DNA from: Negaprion brevirostris | Lineage: Eukaryota | Direction of reading: 5' to 3' | DNA length: 64,000 nt | Assembly (NCBI GenBank): GCA_030324005.1 | Contig: JARDVH010000031.1 | Coordinates: 56,750,821-56,814,820, forward strand | Shown here: piece by piece, positions 26,861 through 40,099 of the stretch | Layout of the letters: every line of letters begins with the position of its first letter | How positions within the stretch are numbered: the first letter of the stretch is position 1 | Program-made: the position numbers and the translations under genes | Notes under the pieces: generated by a model | The model's database searches: none | Told to the model about the DNA's origin: nothing | Seen by the model: only the letters and a program-made list of their open reading frames with translations

Positions 26861-27546
26861 ATACTTCCTCAGATTTGAGGGCAATTCCGGTGGATTGGAA
26901 GTTAGTTGGACGAAAGGAGAGTGAAAAGAAGTACAGGCCAACTAGCCTGACAACAGTCATCAAGAGAAAAGTTGGAATCCTTGATGGAGGATGCCTTCAC
27001 AATGCACTTTGAAGATAATTGTATGATAAGACAAAGTCAACAGGGTTTCAGGAAAGGGAAATCAGCTTGCCAAATTTATAGGAGATTTTTGAACATATAA
27101 CTCATTTGGGTAGATGAAGGTGTAATATACTTGAATTTCCAAAAGGGATGTGATAAGATGACACAAAAAAGGTAATACAAAAGATAAGGGCTTGTGGCGT
27201 TTGGGGGCAATATATTAGCATGGGTGGGAGTTTGGTTGACCAGGAGTAAATGGGACATTTTCAAGGTGGCAGACTATAGTGCCAAGGATCAACATTAGGG
27301 CCTCAGATATTTAAAATTATATTAATAACATAAATGAAACAAGCAAGAATAATGCATCCATGTTGCTGATGATACAAAGGTAGATAGAAATGTCAGCTGC
27401 AAGCAGGATACAAAGAAACTGCAAAGTGATATCAAGAAGTTAAGCAAGTGGACAACAAAGTGGCAAATGAAGTCTAATGTCAGAAGTCATAAGGTCCCTT
27501 TGTTATTAAGAATAGAAAAGCAGGTTACTTTCTCAGAGACATAAAC

Positions 27547-27670
27547 ACTGGAATTTTACTGCTTCATCTGCTACAGAATTAGAGCAAGCGAGGGCTGGAC
27601 AACGGAAATGTCCATTGATCTTGGGCGGGAATTTCTAGCCTCGCTTGAATTAGGCCACAAAATCCCATCC
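27547..27670. mobile_element. ~120 bp MITE
   Basis: Ends ctggaattttac and aaaatcccatcc. It is homologous to 38800-38922 and, inverted, to 45820-45939. Confidence 0.65.
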
Positions 27671-28867
27671 AAAGTTTCAAATGTTTATGTTCAGAGAGAT
27701 TGAAGTGTATTTGTATGAGGAACACAGAAAGTTAGCAGGCAGGTAGATACAGCTAACAATCAGGAAGGAAAGTGGCATGTTGGCCATCACTGCAGAGGGA
27801 TTGGGCTCTGAGAATAATGATGGCCTGTTACAATTGTATAGGAGACATTTGTAAGACCTCACCTGGAGCACTTCATGCAATTTTGGTCTCCATAGTTAAG
27901 AAAGATATAATTGTATTGGAGGCAATACAGTGAAAGTTCAGAAGATTGATTTCTAGGTTTGAGAGTTGTACTTTGACAAGAGACTGAGTAAGTTGAGTTG
28001 CATATTCTCTCTGTAGTTCAGAAGAATGAGAGATTATCTCATTGAAGATTCTGAACGGGCTTGACTGGAAACTTATTGCCCTGGCTGGGCAGTCTAGAAC
28101 AAGAGAAGTCTCAGGATAAAGGAACAAGCATTTAGGACTGAGATGCGGAGATGTCTTTTTTCATTGAGGAGGTTGTAAACCTTTGGAATTGGCTAGTGCA
28201 ACCAGTTGTTGCACTCTGTTATTGAATACATTAAAGGCTGATTGAGTTAGACAGACTTTAGGTCTCTAGTGTATCATGGGATAAGGGTAATGGGCAGGAG
28301 AGTGGAGTTGGGGTGGATGATTCACTTTAGCTGTATTGAATGGTACAGCAGGCTCAAGGGGATGTATGGCCTGCTTCTGCTCCTGTTTCTTATACTCATG
28401 TTTATATGTTTGACTGGGTCATAATTGGGTAGCTAATTACCAACTCATCAGTCTCAGATCAGGAAATGGAACATGCTGGATAATGGCAAGCATTAGACGT
28501 TAATGAAAGACTCCTGCAAAATAGGGTCAACACGACCTTTTCCTTTTCAGCAAATAGATCTTATTATATTATTTGTTCTATTTTTAAGTTTAGTTCCTTA
28601 TTTGATCAGGTTTTTCAAAGAAAGACTGACCATTCTAATAATAAAATGACACAAGAAAGAAAATGTTAATTGTTGCGAAGGCACTCTGCACTTCTAGGAA
28701 CATGAGAGGCCTGGGCAATGTGAGCCATTTGATGCTAGGTAGGTGAAGCGAGTCAAGTTAATTATCCAAAGAACAGCTCCCTTACAAATACAAGGAAGCA
28801 GTGACAATGGACCACAAACATTCGGGATAGTAATAGTGAGATATCAGCTGAAAATTTAACATACAAA

Positions 28868-28928
28868 ATGCGTTTCAGAAATAACTGGTTTAAAGATTCA
28901 TGCAGTTGGGTTATCACTGAAATGAGAG
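28868..28928 (+). other. Candidate first or internal exon (weak)
   Basis: Unique DNA with acaaaATG, an open frame MRFRNNWFKDSCSWVITEMR and a strong GAG|gtaagt donor at 28929. Confidence 0.3.
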
Positions 28929-29929
28929 GTAAGTAGCTTCATTTAAGCTTTGTTTTTGAAGTTGTAGCAGAAGTAAAACAAAATGGGTAAAGGTTATTTA
29001 AATATTCAAATGTGAAAATACTTTTTTAAATTTAGAAACCTAAATGTTTTCTCTTTAAGCAGTATATTGTTATACAGTCGATTCATGTAGAATATTTAGT
29101 TAATTAGACTTAGATAAATAAATTTTTAATTAAATTGCATTGTTCTTTTACACAAAGACTTCACTTTCATACATAAGTAATAGAAATGGCATTATGAGGT
29201 GGTCTGCTTGAATAAAGATTGAACCTAAAATGAGAACAGTGATGTCCCTATTGATCCTACGCTTGATGCCAATACAACATTAACTTTCCTTAACTTTGCT
29301 ACTAATTTCNNNNNNNNNNNNNNNNNNNNNNNNNNNNNNNNNNNNNNNNNNNNNNNNNNNNNNNNNNNNNNNNNNNNNNNNNNNNNNNNNNNNNNNNNNN
29401 NNNNNNNNNNNNNNNNNNNNNNNNNNNNNNNNNNNNNNNNNNNNNNNNNNNNNNNNNNNNNNNNNNNNNNNNNNNNNNNNNNNNNNNNNNNNNNNNNNNN
29501 NNNNNNNNNNNNNNNNNNNNNNNNNNNNNNNNNNNNNNNNNNNNNNNNNNNNNNNNNNNNNNNNNNNNNNNNNNNNNNNNNNNNNNNNNNNNNNNNNNNN
29601 NNNNNNNNNNNNNNNNNNNNNNNNNNNNNNNNNNNNNNNNNNNNNNNNNNNNNNNNNNNNNNNNNNNNNNNNNNTTAAACTTCATCAGCTTCTAGTTTGG
29701 CCATGCGGTTGGTATTCACTACTTGCCCATCCTTGTTCCTGTTTAGACACATTAGATGCACACATTTTCTGTGGCCTCCTTATTACAATAATTTCAGCAC
29801 GCAGAGAACTGCAGAGCATGTTGCTAGCTGGTTGCAAACTCATCAAAGGCCTAGTAGTATTTGTTGACATCTGCCTATTTTAAAGGGAAACTATTCTGGA
29901 TTACTGGAGGCTGTTGCTTAATGTTCTTA

Positions 29930-30180
29930 CTGGAGATGTGCACTGGGGAACTGGAGAAGGAGGGCGAAGAAAGGCCTTCCAGGTTTTATCATTTGATGCT
30001 GGAGATATTAATTATGGAGGAGGATAGACGGAGGGAGGAGATTCTTCTGTGATTCCAGGAGATCCTCAAGGGAATGTGTATAGGTGCCAAGCGAGAGAAA
30101 ACAATGCCTGGAGTCTGGGCCTGAGGACTGGCAGCAGTGCTGGGAAAAGTTTAGTGGCCTCACAGGCATAGTCAAGTTAC
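29930..30180 (+). mobile_element. Harbinger Myb/SANT gene relic
   Basis: Peptides RPSRFYHLMLEILIMEEDRRREEILL and EDWQQCWEKFSGLT. Confidence 0.65.
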
Positions 30181-31559
30181 ATAAATCCATTGTCACTGAA
30201 AAACATTTCATATCCACCAAACCATCAGCCTCTTCTGCTGCTCAATGCACCACATTCCCAACTCATTCACATATTACATCTCACTCTCATCGAATTTCCA
30301 ATGATGTAAGCCTCATAGGTAACTCTTACAACTTCCACATATCTTCATCTGTGGCAGGCTCCAAACCCAAACACAACGTAACATAGGATGGAATTTCCCC
30401 ATGTCCTTATCGATCGGTTTAATGGTGGACTTGGGGGGAGAACTCAGTGGTGATCCAAAAATCGATTTCATGCTAGTATGAAACGACAATGGGATTTTCC
30501 ACCAAAACCTCTCTGGGCTTAGGCTGAAGTGGGCAAAACTTCTCCTGGCTTGGGTCTTATCCTATTCATGATGGAGCCTGTAAGTGAGAGAGGAGAGAGC
30601 GACTGACTGAATGAACTGTCTCCAATATGGAGGCACCCTTGGCCCTGAAGTTTCTATGACATACATGGATCCTTATTGGTTGGAGGCCTAAATCCAGCGA
30701 AGGCAGCCCAGCTGTCATTCATTCTCTTCTGGCACTGGAGGGCTGACCTTCAGTGGACTCCCTGGGCAGTATACTTTCTATATACAGACCTATATAAAGC
30801 AGTTATGTACTAGCTCTAAAACTCCTCAGAGTGTGCTTTCCATTCACCAGTAGCTGTCCCGTGTTGTCAAATGTATGTGCAAGTGCCAGAATATTTGATA
30901 GGATGCTTTGCTTGGTTCCCTGAAAGAGTGCCAATCGGAATTTTCTGGCTGGCCATTTAAGTTGGCCTAAAATATTCTTGTACATAATGTGCAAGAGCTT
31001 TAAATATTAAAATAGATTGCAAAACATAAATAGGCCCTAACATTTTCCTACGAAAGGAATGATCACCTGGATCGATGTCGTTCTATTCAGAGCTAGGGTA
31101 AAGGAAAGCTGGTACACAAAAAAAATTAAAGGATTAGGAACTATTTTGCCATTTTATTTTCATTAGCTTTTTACAGCTGCTTTTGTGTATATTTCTCCTT
31201 TTTATTGGCATTATAACATCTGCTTTAATGTACGTAGAGACAAAACTAGTGGAAAATTATTTACACAATCATGAGGTGACTTAAGTATTTAAAGTAAAAA
31301 GTTCAACAGGACAGAAGAATGGTGAAGAAACAACGGAGATGAAAAAGACTTCTTTACATTGTAAGCTTTCACTACAGCTTAGGGAAGGACACGGCATCTC
31401 ATTGCAACCCACAGAGTTCTTTGCCATTTGACAGGCTAAGTTAAAATTTAATGACAGTAACTGTTGTTAAAGCACTTTGATTGTATTACTTTGAGATTGA
31501 AGTGGTATAAATTGGACGAAGGCATTGAGGAACTAATCAGCCATCAAGGTAGACCTCTG

Positions 31560-31790
31560 GCATTTCCCATTTTGCCATCAACCTCATTTAGAACGCTGCA
31601 GCACATCTACCTAACAATGACTGAGGGAAGTACCTTGGTGGGCATCAGGTTGGCACAGTTGTAGTATCTGCTGTCAGGCTGCCTGCAGCCAGCTCCTAAC
31701 ACCGATGTGCCATTGACCGTGACAGTCAAGATTAAACGCTGCCTTCAACTTTCTTGCCAGCTCCTTATTCCATGCAGGCTATGAAGCACC
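31560..31790 (+). mobile_element. Harbinger transposase N-terminal relic
   Basis: Peptides IYLTMTE, VPLTVTVKI and AAFNFLASS, compared with the canonical LPVAVKVTAALNFFASGS. Confidence 0.55.
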
Positions 31791-33927
31791 TCAGGATATC
31801 TTAAGGTTGTGAAAGCTGCTTTAGAAATAGAAACATAAAAAATAGGAGCTGGAGAAGGCCATTTGGCCCTTTGAGCCTGCTCCACCATTCATTATGATCT
31901 TGGCTGATCATCCAACTCAAGTCCAATGCATGTCTTTCTTAGATTGGTGCTGCAATATTGGGCAAGGGTTTCCATGTGAATTGCAGCTTAAATGTTTGTC
32001 CTGGTGGAATAAACCCTGCATAATGAGCAATAAAATAATTGTAAATGTCTAAGAGCATGGGTTAGCAGTTACAGTGTAGCAGGTGGAAAGGCAAAAGTGT
32101 GACCTACCTACTGTTTGGTACTGTTTGTGGTCTATTTTGGCAGCTTTAAGGACTGCAGTCTTCCTTCACTTCTGTTCTTAATTATTGTGAGTATCGCTTT
32201 GTCCTCAGCATTACTACATTGCATGCTGCCATGTTGCCCTTGGCTGCCTTGAACTGAAAGGAAGGCAACCAGCCCTACATTCACCTCATGCTGTAGCATA
32301 TCAACATAACACATCAAACAGAAGTTTAAAGTTGGCTTCATCCATCATGTGGCTACCAGGCAAAAATTCTACTTGCATATTTCCTTTGCCGCCCTTAGGA
32401 TTGTGCAGTTGCTTCCTTTCCTTAAAGGTGGTATTTTTAAAGCTGGTAGTTATTTTTATCTCCACATTGCTTTTAAATACCATCTCAAAATCTCTTAAAA
32501 ACGTGACCAAGCTGGATAATTTATTACATTTTCTTGGACTTCCATCATAAAGTCCAATTCACGAAAAGAGCTTGCTTTAAATGAGAGCTAACCTTGGAAG
32601 ATCCATTGTGTTTGGTTGTTACAATTTTATTCAAGTGCAGAGCTCACTGAGTGCTGGTCCTGGATAGAACATTTACCCAATGTTGTTGCTCGTATGATTA
32701 AACCGTGAACTTGAAGCCCAATCTATTGCTGATACTGGTTAATTTGGCACCAGCACAACATTCCTGAATTATACAACACTCCAAACTTATTTTTTAATTC
32801 TTTTCATGGGTTGTGGGCATCAATAGCAAGCCCAGTATTTGTTACCCATATCAAATTGCTCATGAACTGAGTGGCTTACTAGGCCATTTTGGAGGTTAGT
32901 TAAGAGTCAACCACGTAGATGTGAATCTGTGGGTTTTGAAGTGAAGGCCGTGTCAGCAGATGTTTCTCAGTCAGCTGNNNNNNNNNNNNNNNNNNNNNNN
33001 NNNNNNNNNNNNNNNNNNNNNNNTTGATTGAAGTTAGAATAGATTTTTGAGGATCCTCCTTTCACTTTTGAGGTATTGCTCTTTATTATTGTATACATTA
33101 TTGACTGTGTAATTGACTGCACTGATCTGATGGCTTTCTAATGTTCTCTCTATCTGCACAAAGGTGATTCTTGCTATTTTAAAAGTAAGCAACAAACATG
33201 ACGAGCTTACTTGTGTGACTGGTTACATGTCCAAAATTATTTTCAAATTAAGATAGGCTAAGATCAGGAACTAACACATCAGGGGTTCAGTGAAAGCTGT
33301 GGAAGGATCGGAGAAAATAGTGAGAAGTAATTGAAGTGGTATGACTATCCGGTGTGAGAAAAAGGAGGTGTGTGGAGTTGAGTGATGGTGATGGGATCAG
33401 ACCAAAGCAAAAGTATGATGTACCTGAGGCAAACTTCTAGTCTTGTGCCTCCTCTCCTTGCCCACCCACAATTAACTTTCAAAAATGCATCTTGTGCATT
33501 GTAAGAATAAAAATTCTGCATTTATAATTACAGTTTCATTTTACACGGAAAGTGAGAAGATTCTGGTATTGATTGTACATTCTAATTGGTTGGAACTTTT
33601 CACCGGATATGTATTAGATGAAAGGTACATTATAATNNNNNNNNNNNNNNNNAATATTGTGTTCCTGCAACAGTTACAAGATAATTTTATGTCGAATTTA
33701 CTCAATCAATAATCATAACCGTAAAGTGGGCTAGATTAAATTATGTTTTTTGATATCATTTTCTGGTTTGGAGTTTTGGAATGTAGATGTACAAATTAGT
33801 AAAACATTAACTAAATTTACTCAAATTAGTAAATAGAATGGAGGATATAGTACAAATGTTAGGAAAGATAGTAATATAAGTAGATGGAAATCTGTATGTA
33901 TGTCAATATATGTGGATGTACGTCAGT

Positions 33928-34235
33928 ATCATAGAATCCCTATAGTGCAGAAAGAGTCAATTTGGCACACCAAGTCTGCACTGACTCGTCAAAGCAGTAT
34001 TCCATCCAGGGTCTCCCTTTTGCCCTATCCCCACACACTTACCATGGCTAATGCACCTAAACATCCTGAGACACTAAGGAGTGATTTAGTATGGCCAGTC
34101 CACCTGATCTACACATCTTGGGACTGCAGGAGAAAACCCATGTGTAGGGAAGATATGCAAACTCCAAGGCTGGAATTGAACCTGGAACCCTAGCACTGTG
34201 AGGCAGCAGTACTGACCACTGTGCCACCAAATCAC
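33928..34235 (-). mobile_element. HE1/V-SINE, tail type A (CR1-like ttctatga)
   Basis: Reverse-complement head at about 34230 and tail atcatagaatccctatagtgcagaa. Confidence 0.8.
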
Positions 34236-34879
34236 CCATAGAGCTGGAGCTTCCATTCACACTGCTAAAGCTTATTTACTATTGGAGTTTTATGAATTGT
34301 TCATTCACTTTTTTGTTGCTTACTTCTTCCCCCCCACCCCCCACAAAATATTTGCTCCTCCAGGCAACTGTCCATTTGTCTAGTGGCTGCAATGGCTCTG
34401 GATGGGATTGCCAGGAAGGCCCAAAAGCCAGATGGAAGGATGTGGTGCAGGAGGTTTAAGTACAGCGAGTTTGGAAGAGGAACAGGTGACTGACAGGGAG
34501 AGATGGAGAGGGTTATCAACTATCAACTAGCATTGAGGCAACCCCAAGTAAAATGATAAGAAGCTAAATACGCGGGGTCTCCACTCTCTGGATTTTAGAA
34601 GAATGAGAGACCATTTCACTAAAACATGCAATATTCTGAAGGGATTTGAAGGGTAGAAAGTGACAGATTGTTTTCCTGACCGAGAAATATGAAATATAGG
34701 GGCGCAGCCTTAGGATAAGGGATCAGTCATTTAGAACTGAGATGAGAAGACATTTCTTCATTCAAATGTTTGTGGAGNNNNNNNNNNNNNNNNNNNNNNN
34801 NNNNNNNNNNNNNNNNNNNNNNNNNNNNNNNNNNNNNNNNNNNNNNNNNNNNNNNNNNNNNNNNNNNNNNNNNNNNNTC

Positions 34880-36040
34880 GTCAGTCACCTGTTTGTGGAG
34901 GGTATGGGAAGTGTGAGTTGCAGGTTCGCTGGATCAATAGATCCTGCGTGCCCCTGCTTCGCTGAATGTTCATATCATCCTCCTCAAAGTCCTCATCCTG
35001 TGCCAGCCCAGGCTGATCCTCAGATACATTAAAGGACTCTTCCTCTCCAGCCTTTGGTGTTGCCTCACTCTCCTCAGCCTCCACTGGATCTCCCCCTTGC
35101 CCCAAATATGTGCGACTGATTTTGAGATCCCCCAACTGAGACCAGAAATGAACTCGAGCTGTAAAAGTTGAGGGCCATTGTGACTTCCAATGCCTCTGGC
35201 ATAGAGTGACTGCAAACACAGTTGGAGGCAATTTCAGAACCTCTCGCAAAAAGATATCAGTGTGTTTCTGGAGAGATGAAGCATCCTGCGGCTTGGGACC
35301 TCAGACATCTGGAGATAGTTATTGTGCTCACTGCCTGTATAATCTAGCCACTGGGTAGTGGTATCTCTGGCATCTCCTCCCATCTGGGCCTACCTGCCGG
35401 CTCTGCACCAAATGACCTGTGCCTCTCCTCTTGCAGGTCTCTGCCCAGGGTGCTGCCTATGCTCACTTGGCCTCTTCTCCCTCCTGCCCGTCACTTCCTC
35501 TTCAGAGCATGTCTCACCAGCAGAGTACACTATCCCCTTGGAGCAGACGCAGAAGACCAGTGCCTTGCAGATGATGGGCCATTATCCTCCAATCCTCGGA
35601 AAAACCTTCAGGGAAGTCCTGAAATGCTGAAAGTCATGCCTCAAACGCTAAACAATAACTAGGAAACGCAAGTTAACTTCTGTACTCGCACAGCCACAAA
35701 CTCTGTATCACAGAGAAACTGCTGCACTCTCACTGCCTTTTATCCCACCCTTGGATGAGAAAATGCAAAAATGTAATGGGGAGTCATTCATTTCCCCTAC
35801 GTGACAAGCTAAAAATAACATCGTGAATGTAAAGCCGCTATCTATTGGACTTTTAATGGCCTAACTGGTCTTTTAATTGTCGGTAGGCACACATCTAATT
35901 CACAAACATGCCCACTGACCTTGAAATTGTACAAGTGTACGATGACATGAAGCATTCCTGGCATCGCCTCGCAACATTTAACACACTTCTGACTTGGGGA
36001 CGCGCCAAGCTGAGACACTCAGATATATAAAATGGTGGCC
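34880..36040 (-). mobile_element. Internally deleted Harbinger: HARBI1-like N-terminus joined to the acidic C-terminus
   Basis: Minus translation HYPVARLYRQ..NYLQMSEV..HSMPEALEVTMALNFYSSSSF..GDL is followed directly by EEESF...DEDFEEDD..DLLIQR. Confidence 0.65.
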
Positions 36041-37117
36041 ATAGTTCTACATATTAAGAATATGTTTACAATATTGCTGCACCTAGCATACAAGAAAAAT
36101 CATTCCAAAATGTTTTATTTCCAGCCTTATGACGTACATTTTCTGTGGAAACAGACAATTTGTTGTTAGATTTTCCCACTTTTATGATGACATTGCAGTC
36201 TCTGATAAACATTATGTGAATAAATGACTTATTTGACTTCAGTGCAGTTCCTCCAGAAATAATTTTGGACTGCCCGGCCAGTAAATTTTTATATTGAGAA
36301 GGTGTTACATGTGTAATTAATGTAATAATAATAATATGTGATAATATGTAATCATAAAACCTTAGTGTTTGTGTAAGGGAACAAAGTTAGTCCACTCTAT
36401 ATGGGTTTGGTGAAGCAGAATGTCAAATCAAACAATTCATAACCCTCTCAGAAACAAGACAAAGAGAACCACTTTCACTTTAACAATTCTTTGTCTGTCC
36501 TCTTAGTTTATTAAATGAATTGCTGTGTTATTTAGTATTTATATTTTTGCATTGTGCAGAACACAGAAAACATTTACTGAGGCTGACTGGAGTTGGATGG
36601 GTTCGCTTATCATAAAATCAAAAGTCTGGCTCATATTAAAATAATGTCTTTCTTGGTCATCTTATCAATTCATTTGGAAACAGCAGTACAATTGGGTCTG
36701 TTGCTAATAGAATACATAGCTTTCAGTGAATATTAATTTTGCTGCAGGGGCATTTTTAAAAAATCTAATGAGTAACCTCCACTTCAATTTCCCTTATTAC
36801 TTATGACATTGCCATTGCAAGATGGATTTTCACAAACATGTGCTCTCCTTTATTGCCCTAGTGATTTACATATGATGTACAGTCAACAAAGCAAGGTAGA
36901 CATTTAGCTATTAGTAGGACCTTTCATTCATGACAGATGTTTCTCATTCATTCATGCGGCCTGTAAGCCATGCATTAAATGTAGGTTTTTAATTTATACT
37001 CAAAGGCACAAAACATACATGGGCTCTACTCATTATGTTTCTGAGTATACCTATGATTGAGTACAAATAGCAGAAATGTTGTCATTTGCCAGGACTTTCA
37101 ACTGCACCAAGATATAT

Positions 37118-37590
37118 TGGGCGGAATCTAACCAAAAAATGGCAAGGTGTCAGGGTCTGACTGAAAACTGATGTGTTCCTTTCCAGAGAAACAGGCCTAT
37201 TTTCTCTTCAGATCTTATGGCACTTTGTCAATAAAAAAAAACAGGGTGGAATATTTCGTACCATCACCATAGAATCATAGAATCCTACAGTGCAGAAGGA
37301 GGCCATTTGGCTCATTGAGCCTGCACTGACCACAAGCCCACCCAAGCCCTATCCCCATAACCCAGGCCTGCTAATCATATTTAAGTTATATTAAGCCCCA
37401 CCCTCCCACATACCTAATATAGCTCCGCACCTAGTTCTGGCACGAAACTGACGGCGCCAGAAATCTGGCCCTGGGAGAGGTGCTCGGGTCTGGATGTCTC
37501 CAGTGTGGATTAGGCTAACCTGGCCCCGCTGAAATCTCCTGGCTCGCTGCACTAATAAATTACTGCAGCAGGATGGGAGAATCACCTCTG
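37118..37590. mobile_element. Non-autonomous TIR element fragment with nested HE1 tail (37268-37365, -)
   Basis: It starts gggcggaatctaacc, similar to the reverse of 6000-6060. The nested tail is catagaatcatagaatcc. Confidence 0.5.
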
Positions 37591-37672
37591 GTATGTTTTA
37601 TCTGTACAGCATGCAAGAAACAACACTTTTCACTGTATACCAATACATGTGACAATAATAAATCAAATCTAA
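37590..37672 (+). mobile_element. Rex1/Babar LINE 3' tail
   Basis: cttttcactgtataccaatacatgtgacaataataaatcaaat matches the end of the Rex1 copy at 59.3 kb. Confidence 0.7.
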
Positions 37673-38799
37673 AAGTTTGTGATCTCACTGACAGGATTCA
37701 GGATTTCCAAGTTTCTCTGGATCTTGAGCCATTCTTGCAGACAGAGAGCACGGACTCAAGATTCCCCCTAATATTCATTATCAATATCATTATTTTCAAT
37801 GTTCAGGATTCAGTTTTGTGCTGTGATAATAAAATTTCAAATAGAATTCTCAGTTTTTATATTTTCCTGCTGTCAGCTTTCTATTGATTTTAAAGACTAG
37901 CGTCAGCCAAGGGCTTCTACTGGATGGACTGTACAGACAAGGATCACAGAACCAAAAGTTATTGAACTTGCATCTCTTCAGCTGCGCACATTGCTATAAA
38001 TCCTCACACTGCTTCCCTGACATGAGGAGTGCTCTCACACAGAGTGTGCCATATCTTCATTACCAAAATAAATCTGCTGATGAATGACTGGAGAACAGCA
38101 TAAACATTCCTGTTTACATGCACTTTGTACACAGTGCATGAATCTCACACGTTCCAAAGTAGCATATAAGGCCATTGTGCCAGAAAAAAGTGTCTTACAA
38201 GCACAGTATCAATTCATTTTAGAATTTCAGGGAAAAAGGCGAAGAGGAATGAAGAAGGTATCTGAAGGATGTCAAGGTATTTGAAGTCACCTCCACAGTC
38301 AAAAGAAGACTGTAGTTATTACCTGGCAATAGCTGAAATATACTGGGCCTGAAATGGGCAGAAAAGCATGGTAAAGTTGGGTGTGAGGCCATTAACGCGA
38401 TCCGCGCCTGCATCGGCGCAGATTGCCACTTTACCAAAACCTAGGAATGGTGGCGATCCGCTTCACACCCAAAACAGGCACAACGGTGATTTAAATGTAT
38501 TTGCATGTTGACTGGTGTTTACTGCAGCAGAGTCCATAACTTCATCATCTATGCCATGTCACTGACCATTTAACACAATTTACTACTGCTTTCCTAAAGT
38601 ACAAGGGGTCATTTGAGCCTATAGGTACAAAACAGTAGCCTACATGAAGGAAAATGAGTTTTTCTACATCTGTATGGAGTTGATGAGTGATTACAACAAC
38701 AACCACATCATCTGGTATTTATCTAGTGCCTGTAGCATAATGAAACTTTCCAAAGGGTTTCACATAAGATAAAGTATGACATATTAGGAAATTACTTGG

Positions 38800-38922
38800 G
38801 TCAGTTTTCTGTCTCTGCTTGCCGTGGGAATCGACAGACAATGTGACAGACCATTGAAAGGTTTGTTGCCCTCAGGTGGGAATTTCCGGTCTTGGGACAG
38901 GCCGGACTGGAAAATCCTACCC
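38800..38922. mobile_element. ~120 bp MITE inserted in a minus-strand L2 3' remnant (about 38690-39040)
   Basis: Internal ggtgggaatttcc and terminal ggaaaatcctaccc. It is homologous to 27547-27670. Confidence 0.6.
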
Positions 38923-40099
38923 ACTAGATCAGATAACCAAATAGTTTGCTCAAAGAAGCATATTTTAAGGAGCATTTTAAAAGAGGAAAGTAACTCAAAG
39001 TTGGCAGGATGGAAATCCAGGGCTTGGACTTAGGCAACATTATGCATGTTTGGCTGAGAGCCCAGACATTTGGCAGACTGGCACACCATGTGAAGAAACT
39101 TTGATTGATCAATAGATCAAGCCTTCCGATCTCTGCTGTCAATTTCACAATGTTTCTTGCCATAAATCAAGTGGTTTCAAGTTTGTGGTTTTTGAAACTT
39201 CAAAAGGCCTGGATGATTGACACTTCTTTTAACTTGCCATCCATACATTTTTTCCCATTACAAAAAGTGATCGATGGAATACATTTTTGAATTTTTAAAA
39301 AGTGCATCCCACTTTACACTGTGGTGTTAATTGGTTCTAGAAAGTGTACAGTGGGTGAATGGAGCTGGAACTGGCAGAACCTGGCAAAGTGGGCATGAGG
39401 GTCCTTAAAGGATGAGTGAAAGAGCAGAAACTGACTTGGGGCCGTAGTGAGGCCAGAGTGGGTGGGTGGAAGGGTAGAGCTTGGCATAGAGGGGACAGGG
39501 AAACATAGAGGATGGATAGAATGGGAGGGCTAGACAGAAGGAATGAGTGGCTTGTGTCTAACGGTGGAAGTGGAGAGCTTGGCATCAGAGCATGAGGGGA
39601 CATGGGGTGGGTAGGAGGGCAGAGCCTGGCATTGGGGGCATGAATGATTATAGGGGTGGTTGAAAGGATAGAATCTGGTATGGAGGGAATAAAAGGNNNN
39701 NNNNNNNNNNNNNNNNNNNNNNNNNNNNNNNNNNNNNNNNNNNNNNNNNNNNNNNNNNNNNNNNNNNNNNNNNNNNNNNNNNNNNNNNNNNNNNNNAAGG
39801 GGTGTATCTGAGGAATGAGGCGGCATGAATGGGGCATGTTTGGAGGGTGAAGGGGGTATGGGATAAGGGCAGGAGAGCCTTTTGTGTTTTTATTTCACTC
39901 AGACAGAGTCTTTTAAACAGATTGCTTCCTCGTCCAGAAGCCCCTGTGAATGCCTCCACACTTCTCCCTGACCAGCTGGCCTGACCCCAGCTCGCACATA
40001 GCCTCCAGCAATATAGATGCTGCAATGGTGGGCACTTTCTTCAAGGTGAGCGGGCTGAGCTAGGAATTTTGCTGACTCTCCCTATCCATGCTTGAGGAT

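Larger units (their letters stand above)
25985..28400 (+). mobile_element. Long degenerate CR1 ORF2, interrupted by Penelope (26270-26860) and a MITE (27547-27670)
   Basis: Motif remnants RPTSLT, SQQGFRKGKS, VIYLNFQK, ADDTKV and LVRPHLE, with a CR1 tail at about 28380. Confidence 0.8.

Noticed and set aside
29296-29883. Long ORFs in the track that span N runs (also 5213, 39337, 53524, 54912, 61383)
   Set aside because: Their length is an artefact of X codons.
36184-36240. ATGATGA, CTGA and C'-like boxes
   Set aside because: There is no terminal D box at a proper distance, and this is expected by chance in AT-rich DNA.
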